From Cyanobacteria bacterium P01_D01_bin.156 (GTDB taxonomy: Bacteria; Cyanobacteriota; Cyanobacteriia; Phormidesmidales; Phormidesmidaceae): a DNA stretch of 64,000 nt. The notes beneath the pieces were generated by a model, which worked only from the letters and a program-made list of their open reading frames with translations, was not told the origin of the DNA and made no database searches. The number at the start of each line of letters is the position of its first letter. Position 1 is the first letter of the stretch. The position numbers and the translations under genes are program-made. The DNA lies in the NCBI GenBank assembly GCA_039024555.1, contig JBCCQQ010000005.1:32001-96000 (forward strand). Direction: 5' to 3'. This document shows, piece after piece, positions 41,657-52,673 of this stretch.

Positions 41657-43789
41657 CTAACGCAGATTAGGAAGGACCTTGGTTGCTGGTAGAAACTGAC
41701 GCCGCTGGTGGTAGCTGCGGTATAGCAATAGCCCACTACTGGCTAGAGTAAATGCAGCCAGTGGCGCAACTACGGGCACCCAGGCATTGGTTAAGAAGAA
41801 GCCGATGGTAGTCCCTGAGATCACTATCACCCCGATGCCATAGGCCATTAGCAAATATCGTCGATGACGCAGCTGCCAAACCACCAGGCTACCGCCCCCA
41901 GCCCAGCCTAAAATCCATAGGATCTCCAGGGCATCTGGCCAAGCCCAGGCCAGAGGATACCCATCTAATACTGCGGTGAGAAATTGACTGACCATATGCA
42001 GGTGTAACTCCACACCGGACATTTGATAGTTGTTATCGCTAATATCACTACGCAGGGTATAGGGAGTAAAGAACTTGTCGTTACTGGTGTAGGCTGTGTT
42101 ACCAATCAGTACAATTCTGTCGCGAATCAGCTCCGGATCAACTCGATTCTCTAGAACATCCGTTAAGGATACTTGCTCAGCCACTTGGATAGGGGTGCGA
42201 TAAGTAATGGGGATCTGGTAGCCCGCCGTATCCGCAGCTTGATAGCCCCCGAAGCTAGGGTCCATAAGGGTGAAGCCCACATCACCAATGGTCATAAACT
42301 CGGTATCCCTATCGCTTTCTGCAGGCTGCAGTCGATGCTGCTCATAGAGATAGTGCATCGCCACCATCAGCCCAAAAGAGGTGTAAACTGGCTCATCTTC
42401 ATCATTAGAGAAGCTGGCAAACAATAAATTACGGCGAATTTTGCCATCGGGATCCAGAGGGAAGTCATTAAAACTGACTTGTTCAGGCGCTAACTCTGGT
42501 GGCGGCGGAATACTCTCACCGTCCGCATCCCCCAGTTTCGTAATACCAATAACATTAGAAGCGGCTAAGGTACGAGCCAGAGCCGCTCGCCCCTCACCGA
42601 CTGCAAAGTTACGATGGAGGTCAAGGCCAATGGTGCTCGGATTATGGCTCTGAATAATATCTAGGGCATCGGCGATTGATTGATCTGAGGGGGTATCACT
42701 TTGTTGGTTATTTAGATCCTGCTCGTTAATACCCACCAACAAAATTCGAGGGTCAGGTCCGAGGTCTCGTTGATAGGCGACTAACGTGTCGTATACCCTC
42801 AGTTCGAGAGGGACCCAGGCTCCCAATTGCCGCAGCCCCAGGGTCAGAGCGCTGGCTACAACAGTTGCGATCGCTACAGCCCGCACCCCCTGTTTCCGGG
42901 TGGGTTGCCAAACCGTTTCCTGAGGCAAAACGGTTTCGGCCATGGTCGGCGCATCCACTTCCTGGGCCAATTCATCGAGACGGCCTAAATCATGGAGCAC
43001 CTCAGCCGTGGTCTGATAGCGCTGGTAAAAATAATGGCACACCATTTTTCGCAACAGGCGCTTTAACCCGGGGCTAACATTGGCATAGTTCTCCCAGCGC
43101 AATTCTAGGGACGAGATATCTTCAGGTAAATCCGTTGGCTTACGTCCCGTCAACCCGTGAATCGCCGTCATTCCTAGGGCAAAAATGTCACTGCTAAATC
43201 TCGGTTTTCCCGCTAGTTGCTCGCTGGGGGTATACCCTTGGGTGCCAATACCGACCGTTAAGCTCGTAAGCTCACTGTCCATGAGTTGGGTACGAATTTC
43301 CTTGACTGCCCCAAAGTCAATCAAACACAGTTTGCCATCGTGAGCCCGCCGAATGAGATTGTCTGGCTTCAGGTCCCGATGAATCACTCGACGATGATGA
43401 ACAAATTGCAGAAGGCTTAAGGTTTCCTGCAGTAGTTCAATCACCTGGGACTCACTTAATCGACCCAGGCGATAGATTTCGTCCCCTAGGGATTCTCCAT
43501 CAATCAGTTCCTGAACCAGATAAAACTCTTGCTGTTCCTCAAATGAATCTAGGAGCTTAGGAATGCAGCTGTGGCTTCCTAAGCGCTTGAGCGTAGCAAC
43601 TTCGGTTTCAAACAACCGTCGGGCCACTTTCAGAAAGGTGGCATCGGTGCTGGCTGGCTTTAACTGCTTGACCACGCAGTCAGGCATTGTGGGTTGAGAT
43701 AAATCCCGCGCCACATAGGTTTGGCCAAAGCCTCCTGACCCCAATGTTTGCATTAATTGGTAGCGTTCCTTGAGAACCTTACCCAACAT
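41657..43789 (-). CDS. Ser/Thr protein kinase with C-terminal CHASE2 sensor domain
   Basis: LGSGGFG, VVKQL, HRDLKPDN, DFG; then TM, DPRILLVGI, DGKIRRNLL, SGVELH and 3 TM helices. Confidence 0.92.
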   Translation of the reverse strand: MLGKVLKERYQLMQTLGSGGFGQTYVARDLSQPTMPDCVVKQLKPASTDATFLKVARRLFETEVATLKRLGSHSCIPKLLDSFEEQQEFYLVQELIDGESLGDEIYRLGRLSESQVIELLQETLSLLQFVHHRRVIHRDLKPDNLIRRAHDGKLCLIDFGAVKEIRTQLMDSELTSLTVGIGTQGYTPSEQLAGKPRFSSDIFALGMTAIHGLTGRKPTDLPEDISSLELRWENYANVSPGLKRLLRKMVCHYFYQRYQTTAEVLHDLGRLDELAQEVDAPTMAETVLPQETVWQPTRKQGVRAVAIATVVASALTLGLRQLGAWVPLELRVYDTLVAYQRDLGPDPRILLVGINEQDLNNQQSDTPSDQSIADALDIIQSHNPSTIGLDLHRNFAVGEGRAALARTLAASNVIGITKLGDADGESIPPPPELAPEQVSFNDFPLDPDGKIRRNLLFASFSNDEDEPVYTSFGLMVAMHYLYEQHRLQPAESDRDTEFMTIGDVGFTLMDPSFGGYQAADTAGYQIPITYRTPIQVAEQVSLTDVLENRVDPELIRDRIVLIGNTAYTSNDKFFTPYTLRSDISDNNYQMSGVELHLHMVSQFLTAVLDGYPLAWAWPDALEILWILGWAGGGSLVVWQLRHRRYLLMAYGIGVIVISGTTIGFFLTNAWVPVVAPLAAFTLASSGLLLYRSYHQRRQFLPATKVLPNLR

Positions 43790-43861
43790 CAGCCCTTGTC
43801 ACACCTCAACTGCTTACAGAAGATAGTCGGTCCCCTAACCTTACAGGTGTATACCCAAACT

Positions 43862-46150
43862 CTAGCCACGTTGAGTCAAGGATTGAGTTAAGGATTGAAT
43901 CGTGTTGAGCAATTTAGGTGGGGCAATAGGTTTCACTAAATGGGCATCAAAGCCTTGCATAGGAATGCTGTGGGTATTGTCTATATCATCTGCATCCACG
44001 AGAGAAATCACCTTAATGCCAGACGTCGCCACGTAACGTTTGAGATCATCCACAATGTACTGACTATTGCCACTGACTAGATGCTGATTCAAAATTATGG
44101 CCACCGGCTGCAATATTTCTACCTGGTGCACAATCCGGGATCCTTCAATCACCCAAATCACTTGGTAATTGGCAGCCGTTAACAAATCACAAATTAAGCT
44201 GGCACTGCTCTCATCATCCTCTAGCAAGATAATGCGCCCCGTGGTGGGTTCCACAGAGTGAAATGAATTGATCACCCCATCGGGATGCTGGATGGGAATA
44301 CGTACGGTAAACATGGAGCCTTTGCCAGGGGTAGACACCACTTGAATCGAACCATTATGCAGCTCAACCAGTTGCTTAGTCAGGGCTAATCCTAAACCTG
44401 TTCCTGGATACTGCCGCTGCCGAGTAGTTTCCAATTGCTTAAATTTTTCAAATAAGACAGCCTGCTGAGCTTCAGGAATCCCAATCCCTGTATCTTCTAC
44501 CTGAAACATCACATTATGGGGGTCTCGCCAAACCCGCAAACTTATGCGGCCATCTTTGTCTGTAAATTTAACCGCATTACTTAATAAATTAGCCAAAATC
44601 TGACGTATGCGCCGGGGGTCAGCCCTAAAACTATCTTCACCTTCCGAAAGCCGAAGATTAATTCGTAGGTCTACTCCTTTAGCCTGAGCTTCTTCTCGAA
44701 AACTCTCCAAACTACTGCGGGCTAAATTCGACAGAGAAAAATCGTTAATTTCCAGAACTGTTCGTCCCGCTTCAATTTTAGCAACATCCAAAATGTCATT
44801 GATAATATCTAAAAGCTGTTCTCCACTGCTATGGATGGTGTTGAGATAGTCTCGCTGCCGTGAGCTCAATTCTCCAAAAGACCAGCGCAATAGGGTGGCA
44901 GACATCCCAATGATGTAAGTCAGAGGAGTACGCAGTTCATGACTCATCGTAGCCAAAAATTCACTTTTGGTCTTATTGGCAGCTTCTGCAGCCATCAAAG
45001 CATCCCGCAAATTTTGAGTCCGCTCATCCACCTGGTTATTGAGCATAAGTTTTTGGTTTTGAAGTTGGTGTTCTAAATGAGCCTGGTGCAATGCGATCTC
45101 AACATGGGTTGCAACTTGAGATAAAAACTGACCTTCCCAGGATTGCCAGCCACGATGGCTTTTCTGGGAAGGTTGAGCTCTACAACGCTGGCCAACCAAT
45201 AACCCCCAAACCTCACCATCAAGACGTATGGGCACTATCAGCTGAGAGCGCACCTGAGCTTTTTCCAACCGCTCCACCAAACATGGAAACTGTTGATAGT
45301 GCTCGATCACATTATCAACAGCGTAGTAAGCGCTAGTATCGGTTGTGTAGCGCTGCTGCCAGGAGGCATCCTGTTGACAATGGATATCGGTCTGGTGCAA
45401 AACAGATACTATTGCTGAAGACTTACATACTTCATAGGCAACATGAGGCATAAACTGACTCTCCTCTGGTAGCCTCAAAGCTCCTTTTGCATCAGCTTGG
45501 TAGATATAGGGACCAGCATCAACAGCCTGAAAAATAAATAATCGATCCAGACATAGCCAAGCACAAACATCCTCTAAGGTAGACCGTATTAATCCGTCAA
45601 AGGACTGCTCAGGCTGATTCAATCGTTCTGCGATACGTTGCAAAACTGCAGCGGAGGACACCGAAATCTGAGAATCTGTCAAAATATCTAGACCACTGTC
45701 CTCAAAAATTAGCCGATGTATCCATTGCAGCAACGTAGGATTATCAAACGGCAGTACAGGTAGAGCTGGCGAAACTGTTGACATCATCCCCTGTTGCAGA
45801 TTCTCCCAGTGGGTATAGCGACTCGGACTCAGGTGTTTTTTTAACCACGGCAGCGACAAAAATTCTCTAATGACAGCCGGGTTGGCACACAGGCACACCC
45901 GATAGTCCTCTCCAGGTTGTTCCTGAGCTAGTAACAAAAGGCATCCCTGCTCGGTTACAAGCAGCGTAAACCGATCGAGATCAGCCGTTTTAGGCAATTG
46001 GTCTAGATCCTGTTCCGACAGCGCAACCACAGTCGGTACTTCAGCCAAGCTCCTGTGCAATTGTTCAAATACAGGATACGGCACACTTTGATAATTCAAT
46101 GCTGAAGAGAAGCTAGACATGGCCACTATGACATCTCTGGCAGGCAACAA
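43862..46150 (-). CDS. cikA: Circadian input kinase A (GAF-HisKA-HATPase-pseudo-receiver)
   Basis: GAF domain; EFLATMSHELRTPLTYIIGMSATLLRW; NLLSNAVKFT, GTGLGL; receiver with Asn at the phospho-Asp position (AIILNQ). Confidence 0.88.
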   Translation of the reverse strand: MLPARDVIVAMSSFSSALNYQSVPYPVFEQLHRSLAEVPTVVALSEQDLDQLPKTADLDRFTLLVTEQGCLLLLAQEQPGEDYRVCLCANPAVIREFLSLPWLKKHLSPSRYTHWENLQQGMMSTVSPALPVLPFDNPTLLQWIHRLIFEDSGLDILTDSQISVSSAAVLQRIAERLNQPEQSFDGLIRSTLEDVCAWLCLDRLFIFQAVDAGPYIYQADAKGALRLPEESQFMPHVAYEVCKSSAIVSVLHQTDIHCQQDASWQQRYTTDTSAYYAVDNVIEHYQQFPCLVERLEKAQVRSQLIVPIRLDGEVWGLLVGQRCRAQPSQKSHRGWQSWEGQFLSQVATHVEIALHQAHLEHQLQNQKLMLNNQVDERTQNLRDALMAAEAANKTKSEFLATMSHELRTPLTYIIGMSATLLRWSFGELSSRQRDYLNTIHSSGEQLLDIINDILDVAKIEAGRTVLEINDFSLSNLARSSLESFREEAQAKGVDLRINLRLSEGEDSFRADPRRIRQILANLLSNAVKFTDKDGRISLRVWRDPHNVMFQVEDTGIGIPEAQQAVLFEKFKQLETTRQRQYPGTGLGLALTKQLVELHNGSIQVVSTPGKGSMFTVRIPIQHPDGVINSFHSVEPTTGRIILLEDDESSASLICDLLTAANYQVIWVIEGSRIVHQVEILQPVAIILNQHLVSGNSQYIVDDLKRYVATSGIKVISLVDADDIDNTHSIPMQGFDAHLVKPIAPPKLLNTIQSLTQSLTQRG

Positions 46151-47052
46151 ATTTTACGGCGAAAAATACTCAAAACAGGTACTTCGTTTCAACAAAAACG
46201 GTAGGGCGACTGAATTAAAACTCTTGTTATGAGACGATAGGGATTAATTTTGAATAGACTTAAATGTCGATGGAGACAGCTTTTATGTATCCATCAATCT
46301 TGAAACCTACTCTAATACCCAGCTCACAACTGCTGCAGACAACAGTCCATTTACTTTCTAAACATTTTTAGAGGATTGAATCATCGGTAGTCAGGGCTTA
46401 CACAAGCCTAGAAAAGATATCATCAGTGCTTCAACACCACAGATTCCTTAACGATAAAACCGGTATTTGAGCCTCAAAGATCACCCTAATGAGATTCTTT
46501 ACCATTTACTTTCAAAGAATAATTTAAATACAACAAACCTCATTAAGTAAAAAGTACTAGAACCTTTGCCTAAATTGATACAAAATCGGAGTAAACAGTA
46601 ATTATTAAGTCTCTAAATGAAGCTTTCCAAATATTTACTAGGACAAGTTTGAGAAGCCATTAAATGAAAATCATTTGTTTGGATTAGGCGTTTTTTTTGA
46701 AAGAAGAAGTATAAAAATAGACGACATAATCTGTCTTTGCTGACTTAGGATATGAAATGCTCAATAAAACCAGCTGCAGGCTAGATATGAGGGATAAAGT
46801 TATCTCGATAATCGGCAATACCTACAACTTTCACAAGCCTAACTCTGGAAAATTGTTAGCAGATTAAAACCCTAGACTTCCTTCACAATTTAATGCCAAC
46901 AGTTGCAGAGTATAGATATTCAGTAATAAAGTGCAGCCGATGACTGCTAAATACCGGATTGGTTGGCCAGCCGTTTGTTGAGGGCAACAGCGCGTCGCCA
47001 TCGCAAAAGTCGCAGACCATTGGCCTGCACTACCTAAAGCAGAAACCTTGAT

Positions 47053-47087
47053 GTGATTTTATTTTTTCACTCAAAAAATAAAATCAC
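47053..47087. promoter_or_regulatory. 15-bp perfect inverted repeat in the cikA/ArsR divergent region (candidate operator)
   Basis: GTGATTTTATTTTTT-cactc-AAAAAATAAAATCAC. Confidence 0.5.
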
Positions 47088-47180
47088 TCTATTGCTATTG
47101 ATAAATATGTTGTTACAATACCCATCAGATTTTGATACGGCAAATATGACCGTTTCCTTGAGGGTTTTGGAGGTCCTGCA

Positions 47181-47564
47181 ATGGAGCCTATCTCCGCTGA
47201 AGTGATTCAGCAAGTGGCTGATTATTTCAGCGTTCTAAGTGAACCTATGAGACTCAAGATCTTGAATCTTCTAGGTAGCGGTGAAAAGTGCGTGCAGGAA
47301 CTGGTTGAGGTGACTGAAACGAGTCAGGCCAATGTTTCTAAACATCTGAAGGTGATGTTGCAGGCAGGTATATTGGTCCGTCGTACTGAGGGCACATCTT
47401 CGTTTTATCGGGTCGCAGACGATCTAAGCTTCCAGCTTTGCAGCCTGGTGTGTGATCGCATTGCTAGCCGGATTGAAGAGCAGGCAAAGCATTTTCGGGC
47501 CTTTAGCTTTTCAAACCAGGAAATGGCTACTCAAGAAGTTAGTGAAGCTAACGTAGCCGGATAG
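47181..47564 (+). CDS. ArsR/SmtB family transcriptional regulator
   Basis: FSVLSEPMRLKIL, CVQEL, SQANVSKHLKVM..AGIL winged HTH. Confidence 0.92.
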   Translation: MEPISAEVIQQVADYFSVLSEPMRLKILNLLGSGEKCVQELVEVTETSQANVSKHLKVMLQAGILVRRTEGTSSFYRVADDLSFQLCSLVCDRIASRIEEQAKHFRAFSFSNQEMATQEVSEANVAG

Positions 47565-47630
47565 GCCACATCCGCAAGAATTAAACCTTAAAGCTGCGGG
47601 CACAGGGTACTGTGAATCAGCTAATGCCAG

Positions 47631-49757
47631 TTAAACCAGACTGTAGTGGCAGCCCACCGTAGCCCACTGAGCCGTGTTTAAGGTGTAACTGTCAGTATCG
47701 TTTTCAGCCGCTTTTGGATCGTTTAGATCATCCATCAACGCTTGAATCAGCCGTAAAGCATGCTCTCCTAAGGGAACTCGCTGATTATTAGTCGTGTTGA
47801 CCAACGTCAGTAACTCTTGCCAGCACTGGGTCAGGGGTCGACTGCTACAAACCAGGTATGTTTCCACCCGCCCCTCTGAGTCATCTACTAGCCAGGTGGT
47901 TTGACTCGGCATAGCTGTGGCCGTCCCTGGTGCCAATGTGAGAGCAGTTTGCAACGTCTCCAGGGTATAGGACTGACCATCGCTAGACGGGAAAAAGGCC
48001 ATCATTCGATCGTGGGCATCAAATCCCAGCAGCATACTGTATACCGGAGATTCACCAAAATTCAGGGCCTGATAGCGGATTTGGGAGCCTTTTGAAAATT
48101 CAACGGGATAGTTCTGACGGTTTACCGCATCTGCTAAACGGCTTTTGGAGGATTTACCTGAAGCACGCCGGGTTTCCCGTTGCAAAACTAACTTATCGGT
48201 TTCACCTGCCAACAGTAGATTAAGTCGAACCGCTAGATGCGATGAAGCTTGGTTCTCACTTAACCGTAGCAGCTTCATTGCCAGGATAGTTTTAAGCTTA
48301 GGGGCCAGACGACTCACTGCCATTTTTACCGCCTCGTCCTGTTTTGCTAACGATCCCACAATCAACTCTCGAGTAGGCGTAAACAATCCATAAATCTGTT
48401 TGGTGCTCGTTCTAGATACGGCCATCTCAGTGACTTTATCCGGTGGGACCTTGCCCAACATACAGTCAGCAGGGTGCGTATCATCAGTGGAGTCCACAAA
48501 GGATAGGGCCGCTAGGGCACTGGTGGCATCAACTCGTTCAATTCTTGCTAGATCAGAATCTAAGGAAACGACTAAGGGCAATGCCTTGGGTAAAATACGG
48601 GTGATCTCATACAGGGGCTGTCCTACCACAGCGGTTTCCCCCTCAGGCAGCTTTAGCCGTCCGGTTAATCCAGCGTGAGCGCGCGCCATAAATTTGGGGA
48701 CGTTGCTATCCGATTGCTGTGATAGTCCAAATTTTTCGCCATACTGCACCACATCGGCTGGCAGACCGCCCAACCAGAGGCTGACCGAACGACCATCAAC
48801 TGCAGTGATCACTGCATCCAAAGATGGCAAATCAGTTTCTCCGTAAATCGTATGCTCATCAGCGGTGCGGGTAGTCCAATAGGGGGTCTGATTCGGGACC
48901 AGGGGTAATATCAATTCCTGAGCCCCCCGCATGGCGGCCGATAGTCCAGCTGGCAATTGAGCAGACCAAAGGTAACGTGTCAATGCATAGGTAAATAAAC
49001 CTGCCCCAAAATCATCCCACTGGCGTTCAATTACCGGTTGGCCATCGCGTGCGGCCAACAACAAATCACCCGGAAAAAACGCAGGTTCGGTTCTCGTTTG
49101 TATTTTCTCCAGCTCTGATGCAAGAGACGCCGACACCTCAGGGAAATCAATCCCATCCACGGTAGGGATATCTGTGCGAGCACGACCGTAATAGCCACCG
49201 GACAAACTAATTGGCTGACTATGACCGGCATCCACCACCGTAAATACCTGTTTAGTCTTCAGTTTTGCCAGAATTTGTTTTACCCATGGCACAGGCACAT
49301 CTTTAGACATAGGATTGTCTGATGTTGGCAATACACCGTCCACCGGCACCCAGGTCTTAACAGCTTTACCGTCCAACATCACTTGAGCACCATAGCCACT
49401 AAAGTGCACAATCACACAGTCGTTGGCCACCGAGGTGTCGGCTAATTGAAAAAGAGCTTCTAGAATCCCTGCTTGAGTAGCCTGGGCATCCACCAGAGTA
49501 ACAATGTCATCATCGGCAAACCCAAAGCGATGAACTAACAACTGTCGCTGAAGTTCAACATCCGTCACGCAACCATGCAGCGGTTTTAGCTTTGGACCCA
49601 ATACCGCATTTGGATATTGATTGATCCCAATCAGCAGTGCCCGTTTTCGACGGGCAGTGTCGGCTAGTGCCTGTTGCCACCCTAAAAGCCGGGACTGACT
49701 CAGCCCCAAGCCTCCTAAAATGACACCTGTTGCTGACAAAAACTCTCGTCGCTTCAC
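47631..49757 (-). CDS. Tat-exported caspase-family (C14) pseudo-enzyme with C-terminal DUF4384-like region
   Basis: MKRREFL twin-arginine signal; ALLIGINQY, LHGCVTDVE; HFSGYG and DAGHS in place of the His/Cys dyad. Confidence 0.85.
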   Translation of the reverse strand: MKRREFLSATGVILGGLGLSQSRLLGWQQALADTARRKRALLIGINQYPNAVLGPKLKPLHGCVTDVELQRQLLVHRFGFADDDIVTLVDAQATQAGILEALFQLADTSVANDCVIVHFSGYGAQVMLDGKAVKTWVPVDGVLPTSDNPMSKDVPVPWVKQILAKLKTKQVFTVVDAGHSQPISLSGGYYGRARTDIPTVDGIDFPEVSASLASELEKIQTRTEPAFFPGDLLLAARDGQPVIERQWDDFGAGLFTYALTRYLWSAQLPAGLSAAMRGAQELILPLVPNQTPYWTTRTADEHTIYGETDLPSLDAVITAVDGRSVSLWLGGLPADVVQYGEKFGLSQQSDSNVPKFMARAHAGLTGRLKLPEGETAVVGQPLYEITRILPKALPLVVSLDSDLARIERVDATSALAALSFVDSTDDTHPADCMLGKVPPDKVTEMAVSRTSTKQIYGLFTPTRELIVGSLAKQDEAVKMAVSRLAPKLKTILAMKLLRLSENQASSHLAVRLNLLLAGETDKLVLQRETRRASGKSSKSRLADAVNRQNYPVEFSKGSQIRYQALNFGESPVYSMLLGFDAHDRMMAFFPSSDGQSYTLETLQTALTLAPGTATAMPSQTTWLVDDSEGRVETYLVCSSRPLTQCWQELLTLVNTTNNQRVPLGEHALRLIQALMDDLNDPKAAENDTDSYTLNTAQWATVGCHYSLV

Positions 49758-49903
49758 AGCTCTACCCCATTGGCTTTAGGAATGAGTACAGCCATCGTTC
49801 TTACGAATCAGAGCATGGAAAATGGCCTCACGGGGACAAGAGTACCGTATTGGCGCTGGATTAATTGCTAAGATTGCCCGATCCCTAGAAAAATGGCTAC
49901 TAA

Positions 49904-50962
49904 TTACAAAAATGGTCGAATAATACCACCACCGAGGACTCGATCTTCACTGTCATACCAGACCGCAGCCTGCCCCGGTGAAACACTAAATTGAGGTTCC
50001 TCAAAAACCAGTTTGATAGAGCCATCGGCTAGGGGTACAACCGTGGCAGGTACGGCAGCAGACCGATAGCGAATTTGAACAGTCACCAAGATCGGTGTGT
50101 CGGGCGCTGAAATAGATACCCAGTTAACCCGATCCACCATACAGTCAGGCTGATGAACACTATCTCGTTCTCCCACCACCACCTGATTACGAGCAACGTC
50201 TATGGCCACTACATATAAAGGTGCAGGAGCGGCAATGCCCAAGCCTTTGCGTTGGCCGATAGTGTAGTGGTGAATTCCCGTATGCTGCCCTAGCACCTGC
50301 CCTTCAGTATCAACAATATTCCCTGGTTTAGGAGCCAAGTATTTATCCAAAAAGGCTTGCATGGAACCATGTTGCTCAATTAAGCAAAGATCCTGGCTTT
50401 CAGGCTTTTCAGCCGTATGCAGACTCAGCTGAGCAGCCATCGCCCGCGTTTGTACTTTCGTTTGCTCCCCTAGGGGAAACTGGGTTGCGCCTAATTGTTC
50501 CTGGGTCAAATCGTAAAGAAAATAGGACTGGTCCTTAGAGCGGTCTACGGCACGACGCAATTCATACCGTTCCGTCTGGGGATTGTGGGTAATCCGAGCG
50601 TAGTGGCCAGTGGCAATGGTATCGGCCCCAAATTCTTGACGGGCGTATTCCAACATAGGGCCAAACTTGACAGTGCTATTGCACTGGGAGCAGGGTAAGG
50701 GCGTCACTCCCTGGCTGTACCCTTCCACCAAATAATTGATAATCTTCTCTTCAAATAGCTCACGGGTATCCACAACATGGTATGGCACCTGCAACTCCTC
50801 ACACAGCTGAGCCGCATCTACCATACCTTCGGAGCAGCACTGCCCCTTACCCTTCATTAGCCAAAGGGTAAGACCAATAACTTCATGTCCCTGTTGGTGT
50901 AATGTGGCAGCCGCCACTGAGCTATCAACTCCACCAGACAGACCTACAACAACTTTTCCCAT
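49904..50962 (-). CDS. mnmA: tRNA 2-thiouridine(34) synthase
   Basis: [46 protein letters not shown]; start at MGKVV. Confidence 0.97.
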   Translation of the reverse strand: MGKVVVGLSGGVDSSVAAATLHQQGHEVIGLTLWLMKGKGQCCSEGMVDAAQLCEELQVPYHVVDTRELFEEKIINYLVEGYSQGVTPLPCSQCNSTVKFGPMLEYARQEFGADTIATGHYARITHNPQTERYELRRAVDRSKDQSYFLYDLTQEQLGATQFPLGEQTKVQTRAMAAQLSLHTAEKPESQDLCLIEQHGSMQAFLDKYLAPKPGNIVDTEGQVLGQHTGIHHYTIGQRKGLGIAAPAPLYVVAIDVARNQVVVGERDSVHQPDCMVDRVNWVSISAPDTPILVTVQIRYRSAAVPATVVPLADGSIKLVFEEPQFSVSPGQAAVWYDSEDRVLGGGIIRPFL

Positions 50963-51115
50963 GTGCAAACCGACCAAGATGCCATTTCTTAGGCTAGCAT
51001 TCCAATCACAAAACCGTGGCGGTTCTTGAGGACTTTTTAGAGACCAAAAATAGCTCGGAGTCCCCAACGCTTAGCCCGCAGTCAAAAAAGTCCCAAGCTT
51101 TCCGATGAAATTGAC

Positions 51116-52669
51116 GTGATGACGATTATCCAAACGCGCAACACGATTCAAAGGTTTTGTGTAACGGCCGCTCAAATGCAGGCGATTGAAAAACAAATCT
51201 TTGCTGTGGGGTTTCCCATCGCAGCCTTAATGGAAAAGGTCGCGGCACGTATTGTTACCTACGGGCAACACCATTGGTTAAAGCATCAGCGAATTGGGGT
51301 GTTGGCCGGGCCGGGGCACAATGGCGGGGATGCTCTGGTGGTGGCCCGAGAGCTATTTTTGCAGGGGTATGAGGTAATCATTTACAGTCCATTTGAGCGC
51401 TGTAAACCCCTAACGGAAGGCCATGGACGCTACTGCCGCAGCCTAGGTATCCCCTGGTACCAGACTGATCTAGAAGCTATTTTGGGGCAATGCCACTTAG
51501 TCCTCGATGGACTATTTGGATTTGGACTCAATCGTCCACTAGTGGGCGCTCTTGCTGCAGATGTAGAGTCTTTGAATCGGCACTCCGTGACGGTGGTCAG
51601 TATTGATCTACCTTCGGGGCTGCATACCGACACTGGGGAAGTTTTGGGTACGGCAGTTCATGCGAGTACAACACTGTGTCTGGGGCTGTGGAAACAGGCT
51701 TTTCTACAGGAAACGGCTCAACCCTATCTGGGGGAGACCGTGCTGATTGATTTTGATATTCCTTTAGCCAATATTGAGCAGGTACTGGGGACTCACCCTC
51801 AGGTACAGCGTCTAACTGATGTGCAAGCGTTGCAAGCACTACCGCTGCACCGCTCTCCCGTAGCCCACAAGTATACGGTGGGACACCTGTTGCTGATTGC
51901 CGGTTCCAGACAATACATGGGGGCTGCTCTGTTAGCAGGGCATGGCGCCATGGCCAGCGGTGTAGGCATGATTACGCTAGTGGTTCCAGACAGTGTGCGC
52001 CACCAGGCGATTGCTCAACTGCCTGGTGCTCTGGTTATGGGTGTGGAAGAGTCCGCTCAGGGCACCATAGCCACCCTACCGGCGCTGAATTTTAATCGGT
52101 ACGATGCGATCGCGTGTGGCCCTGGACTAGCCCAGGTGCCTTGGCTGACCCAAGTATTAGATAGCGCCGCACCACTACTGCTCGATGCGGATGGTCTTAA
52201 TGGCATCACCGCCCACCAACTGAGCCAGCGTTCCGGGCTGACGGTCATTACCCCCCATCCTGGCGAATTTAAGCGTCTGTTTCCCGATGTTAGCTGTAAC
52301 CATGCGGGGGCTTTGACAGCCGCTCAACAAACCAACATCACAGTTGTTTTGAAAGGGTCTAAGGTCACCATCGCCACCCCCGATGGTCGCCTGTGGCTAA
52401 ACCCCAGCAGTACCCCAGCCTTGGCGCGAGGTGGCAGCGGCGATGTATTAACTGGGCTCATGGGTGGGCTGATGGCCCAAAACAGAATGACCGCAGACGC
52501 TGCTCAAGCGGTTATCAGTGCTGCATTGGGTGCAGTTTGGTGGCATGCTCAAGCAGGCATCTATGCCCACAGACGACGGACCGTTCTGGGGGTTGATCCA
52601 TTAGAACTGTCGCGGGCACTCAATCCTGCCCTGGCAGAGTGTCAAGAATTACTTTCTGAGTTTGGCTGA
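51116..52669 (+). CDS. nnr: Bifunctional NAD(P)H-hydrate epimerase/dehydratase
   Basis: LME..A, GPGHNGGD, DGLFGFG, DLPSG; DADGLN, TPHPGEF, LARGGSGDVL. Confidence 0.93.
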   Translation: MMTIIQTRNTIQRFCVTAAQMQAIEKQIFAVGFPIAALMEKVAARIVTYGQHHWLKHQRIGVLAGPGHNGGDALVVARELFLQGYEVIIYSPFERCKPLTEGHGRYCRSLGIPWYQTDLEAILGQCHLVLDGLFGFGLNRPLVGALAADVESLNRHSVTVVSIDLPSGLHTDTGEVLGTAVHASTTLCLGLWKQAFLQETAQPYLGETVLIDFDIPLANIEQVLGTHPQVQRLTDVQALQALPLHRSPVAHKYTVGHLLLIAGSRQYMGAALLAGHGAMASGVGMITLVVPDSVRHQAIAQLPGALVMGVEESAQGTIATLPALNFNRYDAIACGPGLAQVPWLTQVLDSAAPLLLDADGLNGITAHQLSQRSGLTVITPHPGEFKRLFPDVSCNHAGALTAAQQTNITVVLKGSKVTIATPDGRLWLNPSSTPALARGGSGDVLTGLMGGLMAQNRMTADAAQAVISAALGAVWWHAQAGIYAHRRRTVLGVDPLELSRALNPALAECQELLSEFG

Positions 52670-52673
52670 GCCT

